Origin: Planctomycetota bacterium
Lineage (GTDB): Bacteria > Planctomycetota > UBA1135 > UBA2386
Reading direction: 5' to 3'
Assembly (NCBI GenBank): GCA_965223545.1
Contig: OZ245006.1
Coordinates: forward strand, 1,792,001-1,856,000
Length of the DNA stretch: 64,000 bases
How positions within the stretch are numbered: the stretch's first letter is position 1; every line of letters starts with the position of its first letter. The position numbers and the translations under genes are program-made. The notes below the pieces were generated by a model. That model saw only the letters and a program-made list of their open reading frames with translations. It was not told where the DNA came from and did no database searches. Positions 28,051 to 38,301 of this stretch are shown in pieces.

Positions 28051-29306
28051 TCCACGCTATCCTCCCGCCGTTCGTTCTTCCCGCGCTGGCCGCCACCTTG
28101 GCCGGCGATTGGCCGCAGTACCACGGTGCGCACGGCGACCGCGCCAGCGCCGAATCGATCGCGCTCACCGAGTGGCAGGACGGCGGACCACCGCGTGCAT
28201 GGCGGGTGGCAACCCCGGGCGGCTTCAGCTCGTTCAGCGTCCTCGGCGACCGGGCCTTCACCCTCATCACGCGCGACGGCGTGGAGACCGTGCTGGCGCT
28301 GGCGACCGCCGACGGCAGCGAGCTGTGGGCGCAGGCGCTGTCGACCGCCGAGTACGACCGCGGCGGCAACGCCGGCACCGAGGAGAACAGCGGCGGCGAC
28401 GGACCGCGCTCGACGCCGAGCATCGACCAAGACCGCGTCTACGTGTTCGACGCCAACCTCGTGCTGCACTGCCTGGATGCCGGCACCGGCGAGTCTCGCT
28501 GGAAGCACGATCTGATCGCCGACCACGAGGGGCGCAACGTGCGCTGGCAGAACGCGGCCTCACCGCTGGTGGACGGTGAGCTCGTTTTCGTCGCCGGTGG
28601 CGGGGAGGGCAAGTCGCTGATGGCGTTCGACAAGCGCGACGGCACGCTCGCCTGGGCCAAGGGCAACGAGACCATCACCCACGCCACGCCGATCGCGGCG
28701 ACGATCCACGGCCAACGCCAAGTGATCTTCTACGTCCACTCCGGCCTGATTGCGGTCGAGCCCACGTCGGGCACCGAGCTGTGGCGGCTGAAGTACCCCT
28801 TCCGCATCTCCAGCGCGGCCTCGCCCGTCGTGTGGCAGGACGTCGTCTACCTCTCTGCCGGCTACGGCGTCGGCGCCGGCGCCTATCGCATCGTGCGCGG
28901 CGACGACGGCTTCTCGACCGAGCTGCTGTGGCGCCAGCGCAACAAGCTGATGAACCACTGGAGCACGCCGGTCTGCATCGACGGCTACCTCTACGGCATG
29001 TTCAGCTTCAAGAAGTACGGCGAGGGGCCGCTGGCCTGCGTCGACATCCGCACCGGCGAGACGCGCTGGTCGGAGCCGGGCTTCGGGCCGGGCAACGCGA
29101 TCGCCGCCGCAAACGCGCTGGTGGCACTGGCCGATGACGGCCGCGTCGTGCTGGCCGAGCCCACGCCGGAGGGCTATCGCCCGCTCGCCGAGGCCGACGT
29201 CCTCGACGGCAAGTGCTGGAGCACACCAGTGCTGGCCGACGGCCAACTCTACGTGCGCTCGACCACCGAGGCGGTGCGCCTCGACCTCGGCACCAGCACC
29301 CGATGA
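28047..29306 (+). CDS. PQQ-like beta-propeller repeat protein
   Basis: DWPQYHG, GPRSTP, repeated LD..TG...W blades, terminal PVLADGQLYVRS. Confidence 0.85.
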   Translation: MIHAILPPFVLPALAATLAGDWPQYHGAHGDRASAESIALTEWQDGGPPRAWRVATPGGFSSFSVLGDRAFTLITRDGVETVLALATADGSELWAQALSTAEYDRGGNAGTEENSGGDGPRSTPSIDQDRVYVFDANLVLHCLDAGTGESRWKHDLIADHEGRNVRWQNAASPLVDGELVFVAGGGEGKSLMAFDKRDGTLAWAKGNETITHATPIAATIHGQRQVIFYVHSGLIAVEPTSGTELWRLKYPFRISSAASPVVWQDVVYLSAGYGVGAGAYRIVRGDDGFSTELLWRQRNKLMNHWSTPVCIDGYLYGMFSFKKYGEGPLACVDIRTGETRWSEPGFGPGNAIAAANALVALADDGRVVLAEPTPEGYRPLAEADVLDGKCWSTPVLADGQLYVRSTTEAVRLDLGTSTR

Positions 29307-30220
29307 GGCCCGGACTCGCCGCCATCGCCGCCACCGCCGCCGTGCTGATCGGAACGAGCTGCGCGCACGCGCCGCGGCCGGGCACGCCACTGGTGCGGCG
29401 CGGCGATGAGATCGTCATCGGTGGTCAGCTGTTCCACACCGGCGCGCAGGTCGTGCTGTGGAACGACCCGGGAGGTCTCGACGGCTACCGCCCCACCGGC
29501 GTCGCGCAGGAGGCCAGCGCCACGGGGCGCGGCGTGCGCGCACGGCTGCCCAAGGCGCGGGATCACGCGGCCCTCGGCCAAGTGGTCCGCACGCTGATCG
29601 TGGACTCGGGCGCGAGTGGCAGTGCGCGGGCCGCGTTCGCCGCGCAGCAGCACACGCACGCCACCGCGCACTTCATCGTCGACGTCGATGGAGTGGTCTA
29701 CCAGACGCTGGACATTGCCGATTGCGCCGCGCGCGGCAGTCGCGGTGACCCGACCGCCGTGGTGGTGCATCTCGCGCACACCGGCATCTACGCGACTGCG
29801 AGCCACGCCGCGCTGGCCAATTGGTACGCGCGCGACGCGCGCGGTCCCGTGCTGCGCTGGCCGAGTGGAACCGGCGACTGGGGGGTGCGCACCCCCGGCT
29901 TCACCGCGCGGCCGGCGCGGGCGGCGTTGTTGGCCGGCACGCTGCACGGCCGCACGCACCACCAGTACGACTTCACCGACGAGCAGTACGAGGCGCTCGC
30001 CACGCTGAGCGCGGCGCTGATGGCGGTGCTGCCGGCGATCGAGGCGCGCGTTCCGACCGACGCCGACGGCACGGTCGTCGATACGAGCCTGCCCGCCGAC
30101 CAGCGCGGCGCGCTCCGCGGGTTGGCCGCTGCCCACCACCTCGACGCCGCCGCACTCGGCCCCGGACCCGGCTCTGACTGGTCCAGGCTGCTCGCCGGCA
30201 TTCGCCGCCTGCGGAGATGA
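29303..30220 (+). CDS. Amidase_2 (N-acetylmuramoyl-L-alanine amidase)-like lipoprotein, probably degenerate active site
   Basis: GTSC lipobox-like; AHFIVDVDGVVYQTLD; FTDEQYEAL; terminal PGP..DW. Confidence 0.65.
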   Translation: MRPGLAAIAATAAVLIGTSCAHAPRPGTPLVRRGDEIVIGGQLFHTGAQVVLWNDPGGLDGYRPTGVAQEASATGRGVRARLPKARDHAALGQVVRTLIVDSGASGSARAAFAAQQHTHATAHFIVDVDGVVYQTLDIADCAARGSRGDPTAVVVHLAHTGIYATASHAALANWYARDARGPVLRWPSGTGDWGVRTPGFTARPARAALLAGTLHGRTHHQYDFTDEQYEALATLSAALMAVLPAIEARVPTDADGTVVDTSLPADQRGALRGLAAAHHLDAAALGPGPGSDWSRLLAGIRRLRR

Positions 30221-32946
30221 ACGAGCGGACCGCACTCGGCCGCAGAGCGATCCGCACCGGCGCAGCCCTACTGGTCGCGGGTGCCGTGGCAGCGATCTGG
30301 CTCTTGCCACCGCACGCCGAAGTCGGCACACCCGATGCCACCGTCGGGGGCTGGCGCATTCGCCTGTACTCGGTCGCAGCACCGGTCGACGCCATCTACG
30401 AGCTGGTGCAGGACCAGACTCCCAACCGCGAGCTCAGCACTGCGGATGCGACCATCCCAACCGCCGCGCTCGCCGATCTCGGCGGCGCGCTCCACGTCGA
30501 GGCCGAGGCACTGCTGCGCGTCGAAGCGGCGGGTCAGCACGGGTTCGAGCTACGCGCGCCCGGGCCGGCCGCCCTGCAGATCGGCGAGCGCACGGTGCTG
30601 GCCAAAGCCGGTGGCTCCCCCACCGCGCGCGGCAGCGCCTATCTGGCCGCCGGCGACCATCCGCTGCGGCTGCGCACCGCCGTCGACGCCGCACCGTCCG
30701 CCGCGCTGCGCCTGCTCTGGCGCAAGCCCGGCCGCGCGGAGCTGGTGACGATCCCGGCGGATGCGCTGCGCCGGTTTGTCGGCGCAACTCCCGTGGTGTC
30801 GCCCGGCATCAAACGGCTGCGGCGGGACGTGTGCGCGTTTCGAGCGGGTGACGGCCTTCCGCTCGACGGCGTGCATCCCGGCTGGACGGTGGAGGACATC
30901 CGCCCCGAAGGCTTCGAGCCGGCCGTCGGGGCGATGGCCTTCCTGCCCGACGGCCGACTCGGCGTGGCCACGTTCGCGCCGAAGAACGACACCGAGATGC
31001 GCGGCGCGGATGGGGTTCTCTGGGCGCTGCGGGTCGACGAAGGCGGCGGCGACGAGGCTGTGCTCGCGCGCGTCGCCGAGGGGTTGCACGATCCGATGGG
31101 GCTGTGCGTGGTCGGCGAGCGCGTGTTCGTCGCCGAGGCCGAGGCGATCACCGAGCTGCGCGACGACGACGGCGACGGCAGCTACGAGGGGCGCCGGCGC
31201 CTCGCCGGCGGCTGGACCAGCGACAACTACCACCAGTTCACCTGCGGCCTGCGGCACCGCAACGGCAAGCTCTACACTGCGCTCTCTACCGCGCTGTACC
31301 TCGCGCCGCTGCGCGAGCGCCTCGGCATGCCACCCGGGCGCTTCGACCAGGGGCCCAACCCTCCGCTGCGCGGCAGCGTGCTGGAGATCGATCTTCTGAC
31401 CGGCGCGGTCCAGCCGATCGCCGGCGGGCTGCGCACTCCCAACGGGATCGGTTGGAGCGCCGGCGGCGCGCTGTTGGTCGCCGACAACCAGGGCAATTGG
31501 GTGCCGACGAGCAAGGTCGTCCACATCCGTGCCGGCCACTTCTACGGCTTCGAAGCAGACACCCGGACGCAGACCGCGACCTATCCCGACGGCGGCGCGC
31601 CGACGCCGTTCCAGGACCGGCCCTGCACGCCGCCGGCCGTCTGGTTGCCGCACAACGAAGTGTGCAATTCGCCGGGTGACATGGTGCCGATCCGCGACCC
31701 GTTCTACGAAGACCAGCTGCTGCTGGCCGAGCTGACCCTCGGCGGCATCCGGCGGTTGCAGCTCGAGGAGGTCGACGGCGTGCTGCAGGGCGCGGTGTTC
31801 CGCTTCAGCCAGGGGCTCGAGGCCGGCGTGCACCGGCTCTGCTGGGGGCCGGACGGCGCGCTCTACGCCGGCATGGTCGGCGAGCGCGGCAATTGGTCGT
31901 GGCGCGGCACGAGGTTCGGGTTGCAGCGGCTCGTGCCCAACGGCCACCGCGTGTTCGAGATGCACTCGATCCACGCCCGTGCCGACGGATTCGCGCTGCG
32001 CTGGACCAAGCCCATCGACCGCGCTTGGCTCGGCGACCCGCGCAACTTCGCGATCCGCACGTGGACCTACGAGCGCGCGCCCACCTACGGCGCGCCGAAG
32101 CACGACGAGCACGTGCTGGTCGCGACGCGCGCGACGCCCGACGCCGACGGCCGCGGGGTGCGCCTGCGCGTTCCCGGGCTGCGCGCGGGTCGCGTCGTCG
32201 CCTTCCGCGCCGATCCGGTCTCGTCGGACGGCGAACGCGCGTGGTCGACCGAGGCGTGGTACACGCTGCAGCGCCTGCCGCGCGCGGCGGCAACCGTCGC
32301 CCGCGTCGACCCGGGGCGTCACGATGCAGACGTGGCCGCCGGACGGGTCCCCGCCGACGCCATCGTGCTGTTCGACGGCGACGACCTCGACCAGTGGCAC
32401 ACGCGCGGCGCCCCAGCGCGGTGGAGCATCGCGGATGGCGCCATGCACCCCGACGGCACGGGCCCGATCGAAACGCGGCAGCAGTTCGTCGACTACCAGC
32501 TCCACCTCGAGTGGCGCGTGCCGCCCGGCGCCGAGGAGCACGGCCAGGCGCGCGGCAACAGCGGCGTGCTGCTGCACGGCCGCTACGAGGTGCAGATCCT
32601 CGACTCGTTCGACAACCCGACCTACGCCGACGGCGGCGCGGCCGCGGTCTACGGCCAGCACCCGCCCGCGGTCAACGCCTGCCGCGCCCCGGGGGAATGG
32701 CAGACCTACGACCTCGTGTTCACCGCGCCGCGCTTCGACGACGGCGCGGTGGCGCAGCCCGCGCGGCTGACCGCTTTGCACAACGGCGTCTTGGTGCACG
32801 ACGACGTCGCCCTGCTCGGCACGACCGGCCACCGGCGCGCGCCAGCCTACGAGGAGCACGCCCTAGCGGGGCCGATCCGGCTGCAGGACCACGGCGCCCC
32901 GGTGCAGTTCCGCAACGTCTGGGTGCGGTCGCTGCCGCCGCCCTGA
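30217..32946 (+). CDS. Multidomain PA14-like + sugar-dehydrogenase-like beta-propeller + DUF1080 protein
   Basis: GLRTPNG, DNQGNW, TPPAVW propeller motifs; C-terminal LHLEW..GNSG..YEVQILDS..GEWQTYD..LQDHG. Confidence 0.8.
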   Translation: MNERTALGRRAIRTGAALLVAGAVAAIWLLPPHAEVGTPDATVGGWRIRLYSVAAPVDAIYELVQDQTPNRELSTADATIPTAALADLGGALHVEAEALLRVEAAGQHGFELRAPGPAALQIGERTVLAKAGGSPTARGSAYLAAGDHPLRLRTAVDAAPSAALRLLWRKPGRAELVTIPADALRRFVGATPVVSPGIKRLRRDVCAFRAGDGLPLDGVHPGWTVEDIRPEGFEPAVGAMAFLPDGRLGVATFAPKNDTEMRGADGVLWALRVDEGGGDEAVLARVAEGLHDPMGLCVVGERVFVAEAEAITELRDDDGDGSYEGRRRLAGGWTSDNYHQFTCGLRHRNGKLYTALSTALYLAPLRERLGMPPGRFDQGPNPPLRGSVLEIDLLTGAVQPIAGGLRTPNGIGWSAGGALLVADNQGNWVPTSKVVHIRAGHFYGFEADTRTQTATYPDGGAPTPFQDRPCTPPAVWLPHNEVCNSPGDMVPIRDPFYEDQLLLAELTLGGIRRLQLEEVDGVLQGAVFRFSQGLEAGVHRLCWGPDGALYAGMVGERGNWSWRGTRFGLQRLVPNGHRVFEMHSIHARADGFALRWTKPIDRAWLGDPRNFAIRTWTYERAPTYGAPKHDEHVLVATRATPDADGRGVRLRVPGLRAGRVVAFRADPVSSDGERAWSTEAWYTLQRLPRAAATVARVDPGRHDADVAAGRVPADAIVLFDGDDLDQWHTRGAPARWSIADGAMHPDGTGPIETRQQFVDYQLHLEWRVPPGAEEHGQARGNSGVLLHGRYEVQILDSFDNPTYADGGAAAVYGQHPPAVNACRAPGEWQTYDLVFTAPRFDDGAVAQPARLTALHNGVLVHDDVALLGTTGHRRAPAYEEHALAGPIRLQDHGAPVQFRNVWVRSLPPP

Positions 32947-33015
32947 CAGCGGAGCCGCGGCGCGGAACCGCGGCTCGCATTCGCGCCGGCGATCCGCGAC
33001 GCTCTTGAGCCAACC

Positions 33016-33600
33016 ATGAGGTGGGACGCGCTGATCGCGATGCTGGGTCTGATCGCGCTGGCGATCTGGCTGGTCGCCCGCGACGGCGAGCCACCGCTGC
33101 CGGTGCGCGACGGCGCCGCGACGGTCGAGGTGCGGGTCGGCCAGACGATGCGCGGAGTGCTCGAGCGCGATGTGCGCGACGGCTCGATGCGCGTGCTGTT
33201 TCCGGGCGGGCGTGGCTCGCCCGCGCCGCTCGACGAGGACGCCATGCGCCGGGTGTTCGGCGGCGAAGTCCTCGACACTCTGTTCGACGCGCCACCCAAC
33301 TGGCTGTTCCGCATCCTCAACATCACGTCCTGGCACAGCCTGGCGTGGGTGCTGCTCGGCTTCGTCGGTCAGCTCGCGTTCTTTCTGCGCATGGCCGTGC
33401 AGTGGGTCGCCTCCGAGCGCCGCCGCGACAGCGTGGTGCCGGAGGCGTTCTGGTGGCTGAGCCTCGGCGGCGCCATCGCGCTGTTCACCTACTTCGTCTG
33501 GCGCAAGGAGATCGTCGGCGTGCTCGGGCAAGCCCCCGGCATCGTAGTCTATGCGCGCAATCTGCGCCTGATCCACAAGCGGCGCCGCGCCGGCGCGTGA
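33016..33600 (+). CDS. Lipid-A-disaccharide synthase N-terminal (LAB_N) domain membrane protein
   Basis: GFVGQLAFFLRMAVQWVASE...SVVPEAFWWLSL.G...GQ..G...YARN. Confidence 0.85.
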   Translation: MRWDALIAMLGLIALAIWLVARDGEPPLPVRDGAATVEVRVGQTMRGVLERDVRDGSMRVLFPGGRGSPAPLDEDAMRRVFGGEVLDTLFDAPPNWLFRILNITSWHSLAWVLLGFVGQLAFFLRMAVQWVASERRRDSVVPEAFWWLSLGGAIALFTYFVWRKEIVGVLGQAPGIVVYARNLRLIHKRRRAGA

Positions 33601-33617
33601 CGGGCACAAACGCCCTC

Positions 33618-36335
33618 TCAACGCATCTGCACCCGGGCACCCTGCCGAGCGCCCGCGCGCAGCACGATCTCGCCCGAGCGCCGCTGGCCGTGGACCATGG
33701 CAGTCAGCCGGTAGTTGCCGGCCGGCAGGTCGCGCAGCTCGACCTCTCCGCGGGCGTCGCTCGACAAGTCGTAGCGAACGCCTTGATGCTCGGCGTGCTC
33801 GACGATGACAGCGCAGCGCGCCAGTGGACCGCGGTTGCCGACGAGTTGCGCGAGAAGCGTGCCGGTGACGATCTCGAACGAGTGGGACTCGACATCCTTG
33901 TCGTAGCGAGCCTCCGCCAACACCTCGCCGACTCCGTGGCGGTTGCGGACCACGCGCAGGGCACATCGGCCCCGGTCGACCGGCAGCTCGAAGGTTCCCT
34001 GCGGCGACAGGGTCGCGCGCCGCACCGTCTTCTCCCAACCCTTCCGATCCAAGTACTCGGCCCAACGCGCCGGGGGTTCCTGTTCGAAGTAGGGTCGTAG
34101 ACGCTTCGGCGGGGACGGCGGCAAGCGCTCCAGCTCGACCACCACGTCGCGCGGCACCGCACCGTCGACGGTGACCGAACCGCGCACGACGCTGCCGGTC
34201 CGGTCGCGCAGCTGCAAGTCCAGTAGCTGCAGTCCTGCCTGCACGTCGACGGAATCGGTGACCACGGGACGCCGCTCGCCGGCGTAGCGCACCTCGAGCC
34301 GCCACTTTCCCACGACCAAGTCGCGCAGCTCGCATCGCCCGTGGTCGTCGGCACGCACCTGCACCGACCCCAACATCGCGTTGTCCCGGTGGTGTTCGCG
34401 GATTCTCCCTCCCGGTACGGCGCGCACTTCGAGGCGCTCGGCCGGCGGTGCCTCGCCGTCCAGCAGCTGTACCAGGAGCCGGTTGTGACGCTGCAGGCGG
34501 ATCACAACGCGGCCGTCTGGCCGCGCCCGGTGCACCTCGCAGTAGCCGTAGCCGCGCTCGTGTTCGGCGTGCAGCGAGAAGCCATTGTCCCAAAACCCGA
34601 ACACCGACAACACGCCATCTTCTGCGGTCCGGCCGAGGGTCACCGGATCGCGCGATAGCCGAGACCACAGCCGCTGTCCGTCGTCTTTGCCGTCGCGCGG
34701 CACGGCGCGCACGCGCGCTCCCTCCACGGCCGCACCCGCGGCATCGACGACGAGCACGTCCATCGTGAACTGCGGCAAGAGCTCCACCCGTTCGCTTCCC
34801 CACGCGCCGGTGTTCAGGAGAGCCGGCGCATATCCCGGCGCGGTGACCAGAACCCGCACCATCGCGGGTGGGAGCCCATCGGCCACGAACTTCCCCGGCC
34901 GCTGCTCCCGCGGCTGCAGCGCGGCCGGCAGCCCGGGAACCTGCACGCCCAACGCCGGCTTCCTCGGCCCAGCGTCGGGTTCCGGGTCGGGCGGCAACAG
35001 CCGCACCGCGAGGTCGCGCGGCACCTCGCCCCCCACCCCGGTGACGATGACCGTGAGCTTGCTGAGCTCACGAAGCTCCGCGTGGAAACCACTCTTTGCC
35101 GGCCTGGCACGCACCAGCTCCCACGGCCAGTCGGAGTGCCTGCGGACGGACAACAACCCCTCACTGCGTTCCAGGCCGGAGCTCGACAAGTAGACCGTTG
35201 AGTTGACGGTGCGTCGCGGCGGCGCGACAGCCGTGGGGACATCGGTCTGCAGCACCCGCTGCTCGCCGCCGGCCAGCACGACGTCGACGTCCACCGGAAC
35301 GCCGCTTGCGTCGAAGAAGGTCACCGCGGCCGACGCCTCGGTGTCGACCCCGACGTCGACATCGAGCACCCGCTCGCCACCGGCGTGCACGACCACATCC
35401 CGCCAGAGATCGGTGCCGTCCTCGGTCTGCAACAACAACCGCACCGCGCCCGCACGCACGAACGGCAACGCAAAGAACCCGCGCGCGTCGGTCTCCCCTC
35501 GGGGAAACGGCGTCACCGCGCTGCGCCGCAACAACCAAGCCGGCGTCCGGGCCACACCGGCCGCCGTCAGCAGGCGGCGGCGATGCGTGATCCCCTCGGC
35601 GCCGGCAGTGACCGCGTCGAGTGCGCCCTCGGTCGCCGGCCCAAGCTGCAGGGCGGCGTCGTAGGCGACCACGCGTACACGGGCCAGGAGGCGACCGGCG
35701 CGGTGCACCGTTCCTCGTAGCGCGCCGCGCGGCTCGAGGGCGATCGTCCCGAGCTCCACGGTCTGTCCCTCCCACGCCGCGTGCGCCAGCGCCACCAAGT
35801 CCTGCCAGGGTCCATCCCCGTCGATGACCAGCAGTAAGTCACGGCGTTCGGCGACGAACGGGATCTCGAAATAGCCCAGCGCGTTGGTCGTCCCGCGCCA
35901 CTCGAGCAGCGTGGGGTCGCCGTCACGGCCGCCCGCGGTATCCTCACCACTTGGCGGCAGCGCCCGGTCCAACCACGCAGGCGAGAGCCGCAAGGGCAGG
36001 TGGGCCAACGGCTGCAAGCCGACGCGCGAGACCAGCTGCCCACGGTAGGCCGGCCGCGCTTCATTGGGCGCCGAGTGATCGGCGTGGGTGCCGCCGCCAT
36101 CCAACCAATCGACCACCACACCGCGCACGCGGCGGCGTGGCCCGGCCGTCGCCTGGGCCGCGAACTCGGTGGTGGAACCTTCTACGGCGTCATCCGTCGC
36201 GATCGCTTGGCGCGCGGGGCCGCGGGACGGGGCCGCACCGTGACCTGCCATCATGGCCGCGACCACCAAGCCGAGGCCGATGACGACCACGAGAGCGATC
36301 CCAGCTTGCCCTGGCGTTGCCCGCACGGGTGGCAT
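33618..36335 (-). CDS. Membrane-anchored carboxypeptidase-regulatory-like repeat protein
   Basis: N-terminal TM; repeated TDxxGxF/LxxGxYxL beta modules; alternative GTG start at 36326. Confidence 0.7.
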   Translation of the reverse strand: MPPVRATPGQAGIALVVVIGLGLVVAAMMAGHGAAPSRGPARQAIATDDAVEGSTTEFAAQATAGPRRRVRGVVVDWLDGGGTHADHSAPNEARPAYRGQLVSRVGLQPLAHLPLRLSPAWLDRALPPSGEDTAGGRDGDPTLLEWRGTTNALGYFEIPFVAERRDLLLVIDGDGPWQDLVALAHAAWEGQTVELGTIALEPRGALRGTVHRAGRLLARVRVVAYDAALQLGPATEGALDAVTAGAEGITHRRRLLTAAGVARTPAWLLRRSAVTPFPRGETDARGFFALPFVRAGAVRLLLQTEDGTDLWRDVVVHAGGERVLDVDVGVDTEASAAVTFFDASGVPVDVDVVLAGGEQRVLQTDVPTAVAPPRRTVNSTVYLSSSGLERSEGLLSVRRHSDWPWELVRARPAKSGFHAELRELSKLTVIVTGVGGEVPRDLAVRLLPPDPEPDAGPRKPALGVQVPGLPAALQPREQRPGKFVADGLPPAMVRVLVTAPGYAPALLNTGAWGSERVELLPQFTMDVLVVDAAGAAVEGARVRAVPRDGKDDGQRLWSRLSRDPVTLGRTAEDGVLSVFGFWDNGFSLHAEHERGYGYCEVHRARPDGRVVIRLQRHNRLLVQLLDGEAPPAERLEVRAVPGGRIREHHRDNAMLGSVQVRADDHGRCELRDLVVGKWRLEVRYAGERRPVVTDSVDVQAGLQLLDLQLRDRTGSVVRGSVTVDGAVPRDVVVELERLPPSPPKRLRPYFEQEPPARWAEYLDRKGWEKTVRRATLSPQGTFELPVDRGRCALRVVRNRHGVGEVLAEARYDKDVESHSFEIVTGTLLAQLVGNRGPLARCAVIVEHAEHQGVRYDLSSDARGEVELRDLPAGNYRLTAMVHGQRRSGEIVLRAGARQGARVQMR

Positions 36336-36438
36336 TGTAGCAAGTCCACGCCCACTCAATTCCAGCGGCACGGAGTGCCGACAATATCGACACCGGGCCT
36401 CGCACGGGGCGCCGCGCAAAGAGCCTCCTTCCCCAACC

Positions 36439-38256
36439 GTGTCCCCGCCCACCGCGCCCGTCGTTCCGCCCGAGCCCGCCGGCCCCGGTCCCGGCGGCCG
36501 CGCGTTCTGGTGGCCGCTGCTCGCCGTGCTGGTGTCGGTGGCGGTCTACCTGCCAGCGCTCGCCAACGATTTCACCTACGACGACCGCCACGTGGCGATG
36601 GGGCAAGACGGCGCCCGCACCAATCCGATGGTCGCGGAGCTGCAGCCCTTGGGGGAGTACTTCGGCTCGCACTACTGGCGCGGGAGCGCCGAACAAAGCC
36701 GGCTCTACCGTCCGGTCACCGTGCTCAGCTTCGCGTTGCGGCACTACTGGTGCGGCGACAACGCCGTGGTGGCGCACGCGATCAATCTCGTCCTGCACGG
36801 CTTGGCGACGCTGTTGGTGTACTGGCTGCTGCGCGGGCTGCGCGCGCAGCCACCCTTGGCCGCGCTCGGCGCGCTGTGCTTCGGGGTGCACGCGATCCAC
36901 AGCGAGGTCGTCGCCAACGTCGCCGGCCGCGCCGAGCTGCTGGCGTTCTGCGGCGGGGCCACCGCGCTGCTGCTGCTCTGCTGGGCGCGCGAGCAGCTCG
37001 GCGCCGCCCGCATCCTCGGCTGGGGTGCCGCCGCGCTGGCGCTGTTCATGGCGCTCGGCGGCAAGGAAAGCGCACTCGCGTGGGTACCGTTCGCCGCGTG
37101 CTACGGCCTGGCGCGGTGGTGCAGCAACCGCCACCGTCGCTGGTGGCTGTCGCCGATCGCGCTCGCCGAGGCTGCGGCGCTTTCGCTCCCGGTGATCGTC
37201 TACCTCTGGCTGCGCACCGCCGCGCTCGATTTCGACCTGCCGGCGGACGCCGCCTGGGCGCCCGACCACATCCACAACCCGCTGTTCGACACGGAGCCGC
37301 TGGTCCGCATCCTCGGCGCGTGCGCGGTGTGGGCGTTCGGCCTGCTGACGACGCTGTTGCCGCTGTGGTTGTCGGCCGATTGGGGCACCGCGGTGCTGCC
37401 GCTGCCCGACTCGCTGCGCGACCCCAGTCTCGCGCTGGGCTTGCTCGGCGGTGCCGTGCTCGCCCTCGTCGGCTGGATCGGGGTGGCGCAAGCGATGCGC
37501 CGGCCCGGCTTGCTGGCGGCGGCGGCGTGCTTCTTGGGCTTCGGCTTCATGACCAGCAATCTGGCGCTGCCGATCGGCACGCTGTACGCAGAACGGCTGT
37601 ACTACGCACCGAGCGCGGCGGTCGCGTTCGTCGTGGTCGCGCTGGCGCCGGCGGCCCGGCCGGGCGGCGCGCCGCGGGCGTTGTGGCCGGTGATGCTGCT
37701 CGGCGCTTGGCTCGGCGCCAACGCGTTGATCCTGACGCAGCGCACGCGCGTGTTCCGCGACAACGAGACGCTGATCCTGCACGAGGCACTGCACCAGCCG
37801 CGATCGGTGCAGATGCGCTTTCAGGCGGGTCTCCTGCTGGCGCAGCGCGGCGAAGTCGTGCACGCGATCGAACACCTGTCCGCCGCGGTCTACCACGATC
37901 CCGGCCACGTCGCCGCGCGTGCCGCACTGGGTGACCTGCAGGCGGAGATCGGCGACGAGGACGCCGCGGTGATGAGCTGGTCGGCGGCACTGCACGGCCG
38001 CCAGCGCGAGCGCGACGCGCACGAGCCGCAGCTGCGCGCCCGGTTGGCACAGGCCTACGCCGGCCGCGGCCACTACCGCGAGGCGCTGAGCGAGCTCGCC
38101 GCGAGCTTCCTCGCGGCGCCGGCCTGGTGTCGCCAGCAGCCCCACTTGGCAGCGTTGGCGGCCGAGATCGCCAAGAGCGACGAGCTGCCGCCGCCGCTGC
38201 TGCGCGAGGCCGAGCGGCTGGCCACCGACCTCGCGCCGAGCCAGCCACCGCGCTGA
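36439..38256 (+). CDS. TMTC-like GT-C glycosyltransferase (DUF1736) with C-terminal TPRs
   Basis: FTYDD, YRPVT, HAIHSEVVANVAGRAELL, KESA, LSADW, AERLYYAPS; many TMs; start approximate. Confidence 0.8.
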   Translation: MSPPTAPVVPPEPAGPGPGGRAFWWPLLAVLVSVAVYLPALANDFTYDDRHVAMGQDGARTNPMVAELQPLGEYFGSHYWRGSAEQSRLYRPVTVLSFALRHYWCGDNAVVAHAINLVLHGLATLLVYWLLRGLRAQPPLAALGALCFGVHAIHSEVVANVAGRAELLAFCGGATALLLLCWAREQLGAARILGWGAAALALFMALGGKESALAWVPFAACYGLARWCSNRHRRWWLSPIALAEAAALSLPVIVYLWLRTAALDFDLPADAAWAPDHIHNPLFDTEPLVRILGACAVWAFGLLTTLLPLWLSADWGTAVLPLPDSLRDPSLALGLLGGAVLALVGWIGVAQAMRRPGLLAAAACFLGFGFMTSNLALPIGTLYAERLYYAPSAAVAFVVVALAPAARPGGAPRALWPVMLLGAWLGANALILTQRTRVFRDNETLILHEALHQPRSVQMRFQAGLLLAQRGEVVHAIEHLSAAVYHDPGHVAARAALGDLQAEIGDEDAAVMSWSAALHGRQRERDAHEPQLRARLAQAYAGRGHYREALSELAASFLAAPAWCRQQPHLAALAAEIAKSDELPPPLLREAERLATDLAPSQPPR

Positions 38257-38301
38257 TTCGCATCGGCGACGGGCGTTCGCGGCAGCATCGCTTAGACTCC
38301 G

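Noticed and set aside
32952..32976. GAGCCGCGG/CCGCGGCTC hairpin as terminator or REP element
   Set aside because: No U tract and no second copy noticed; function unsupported.
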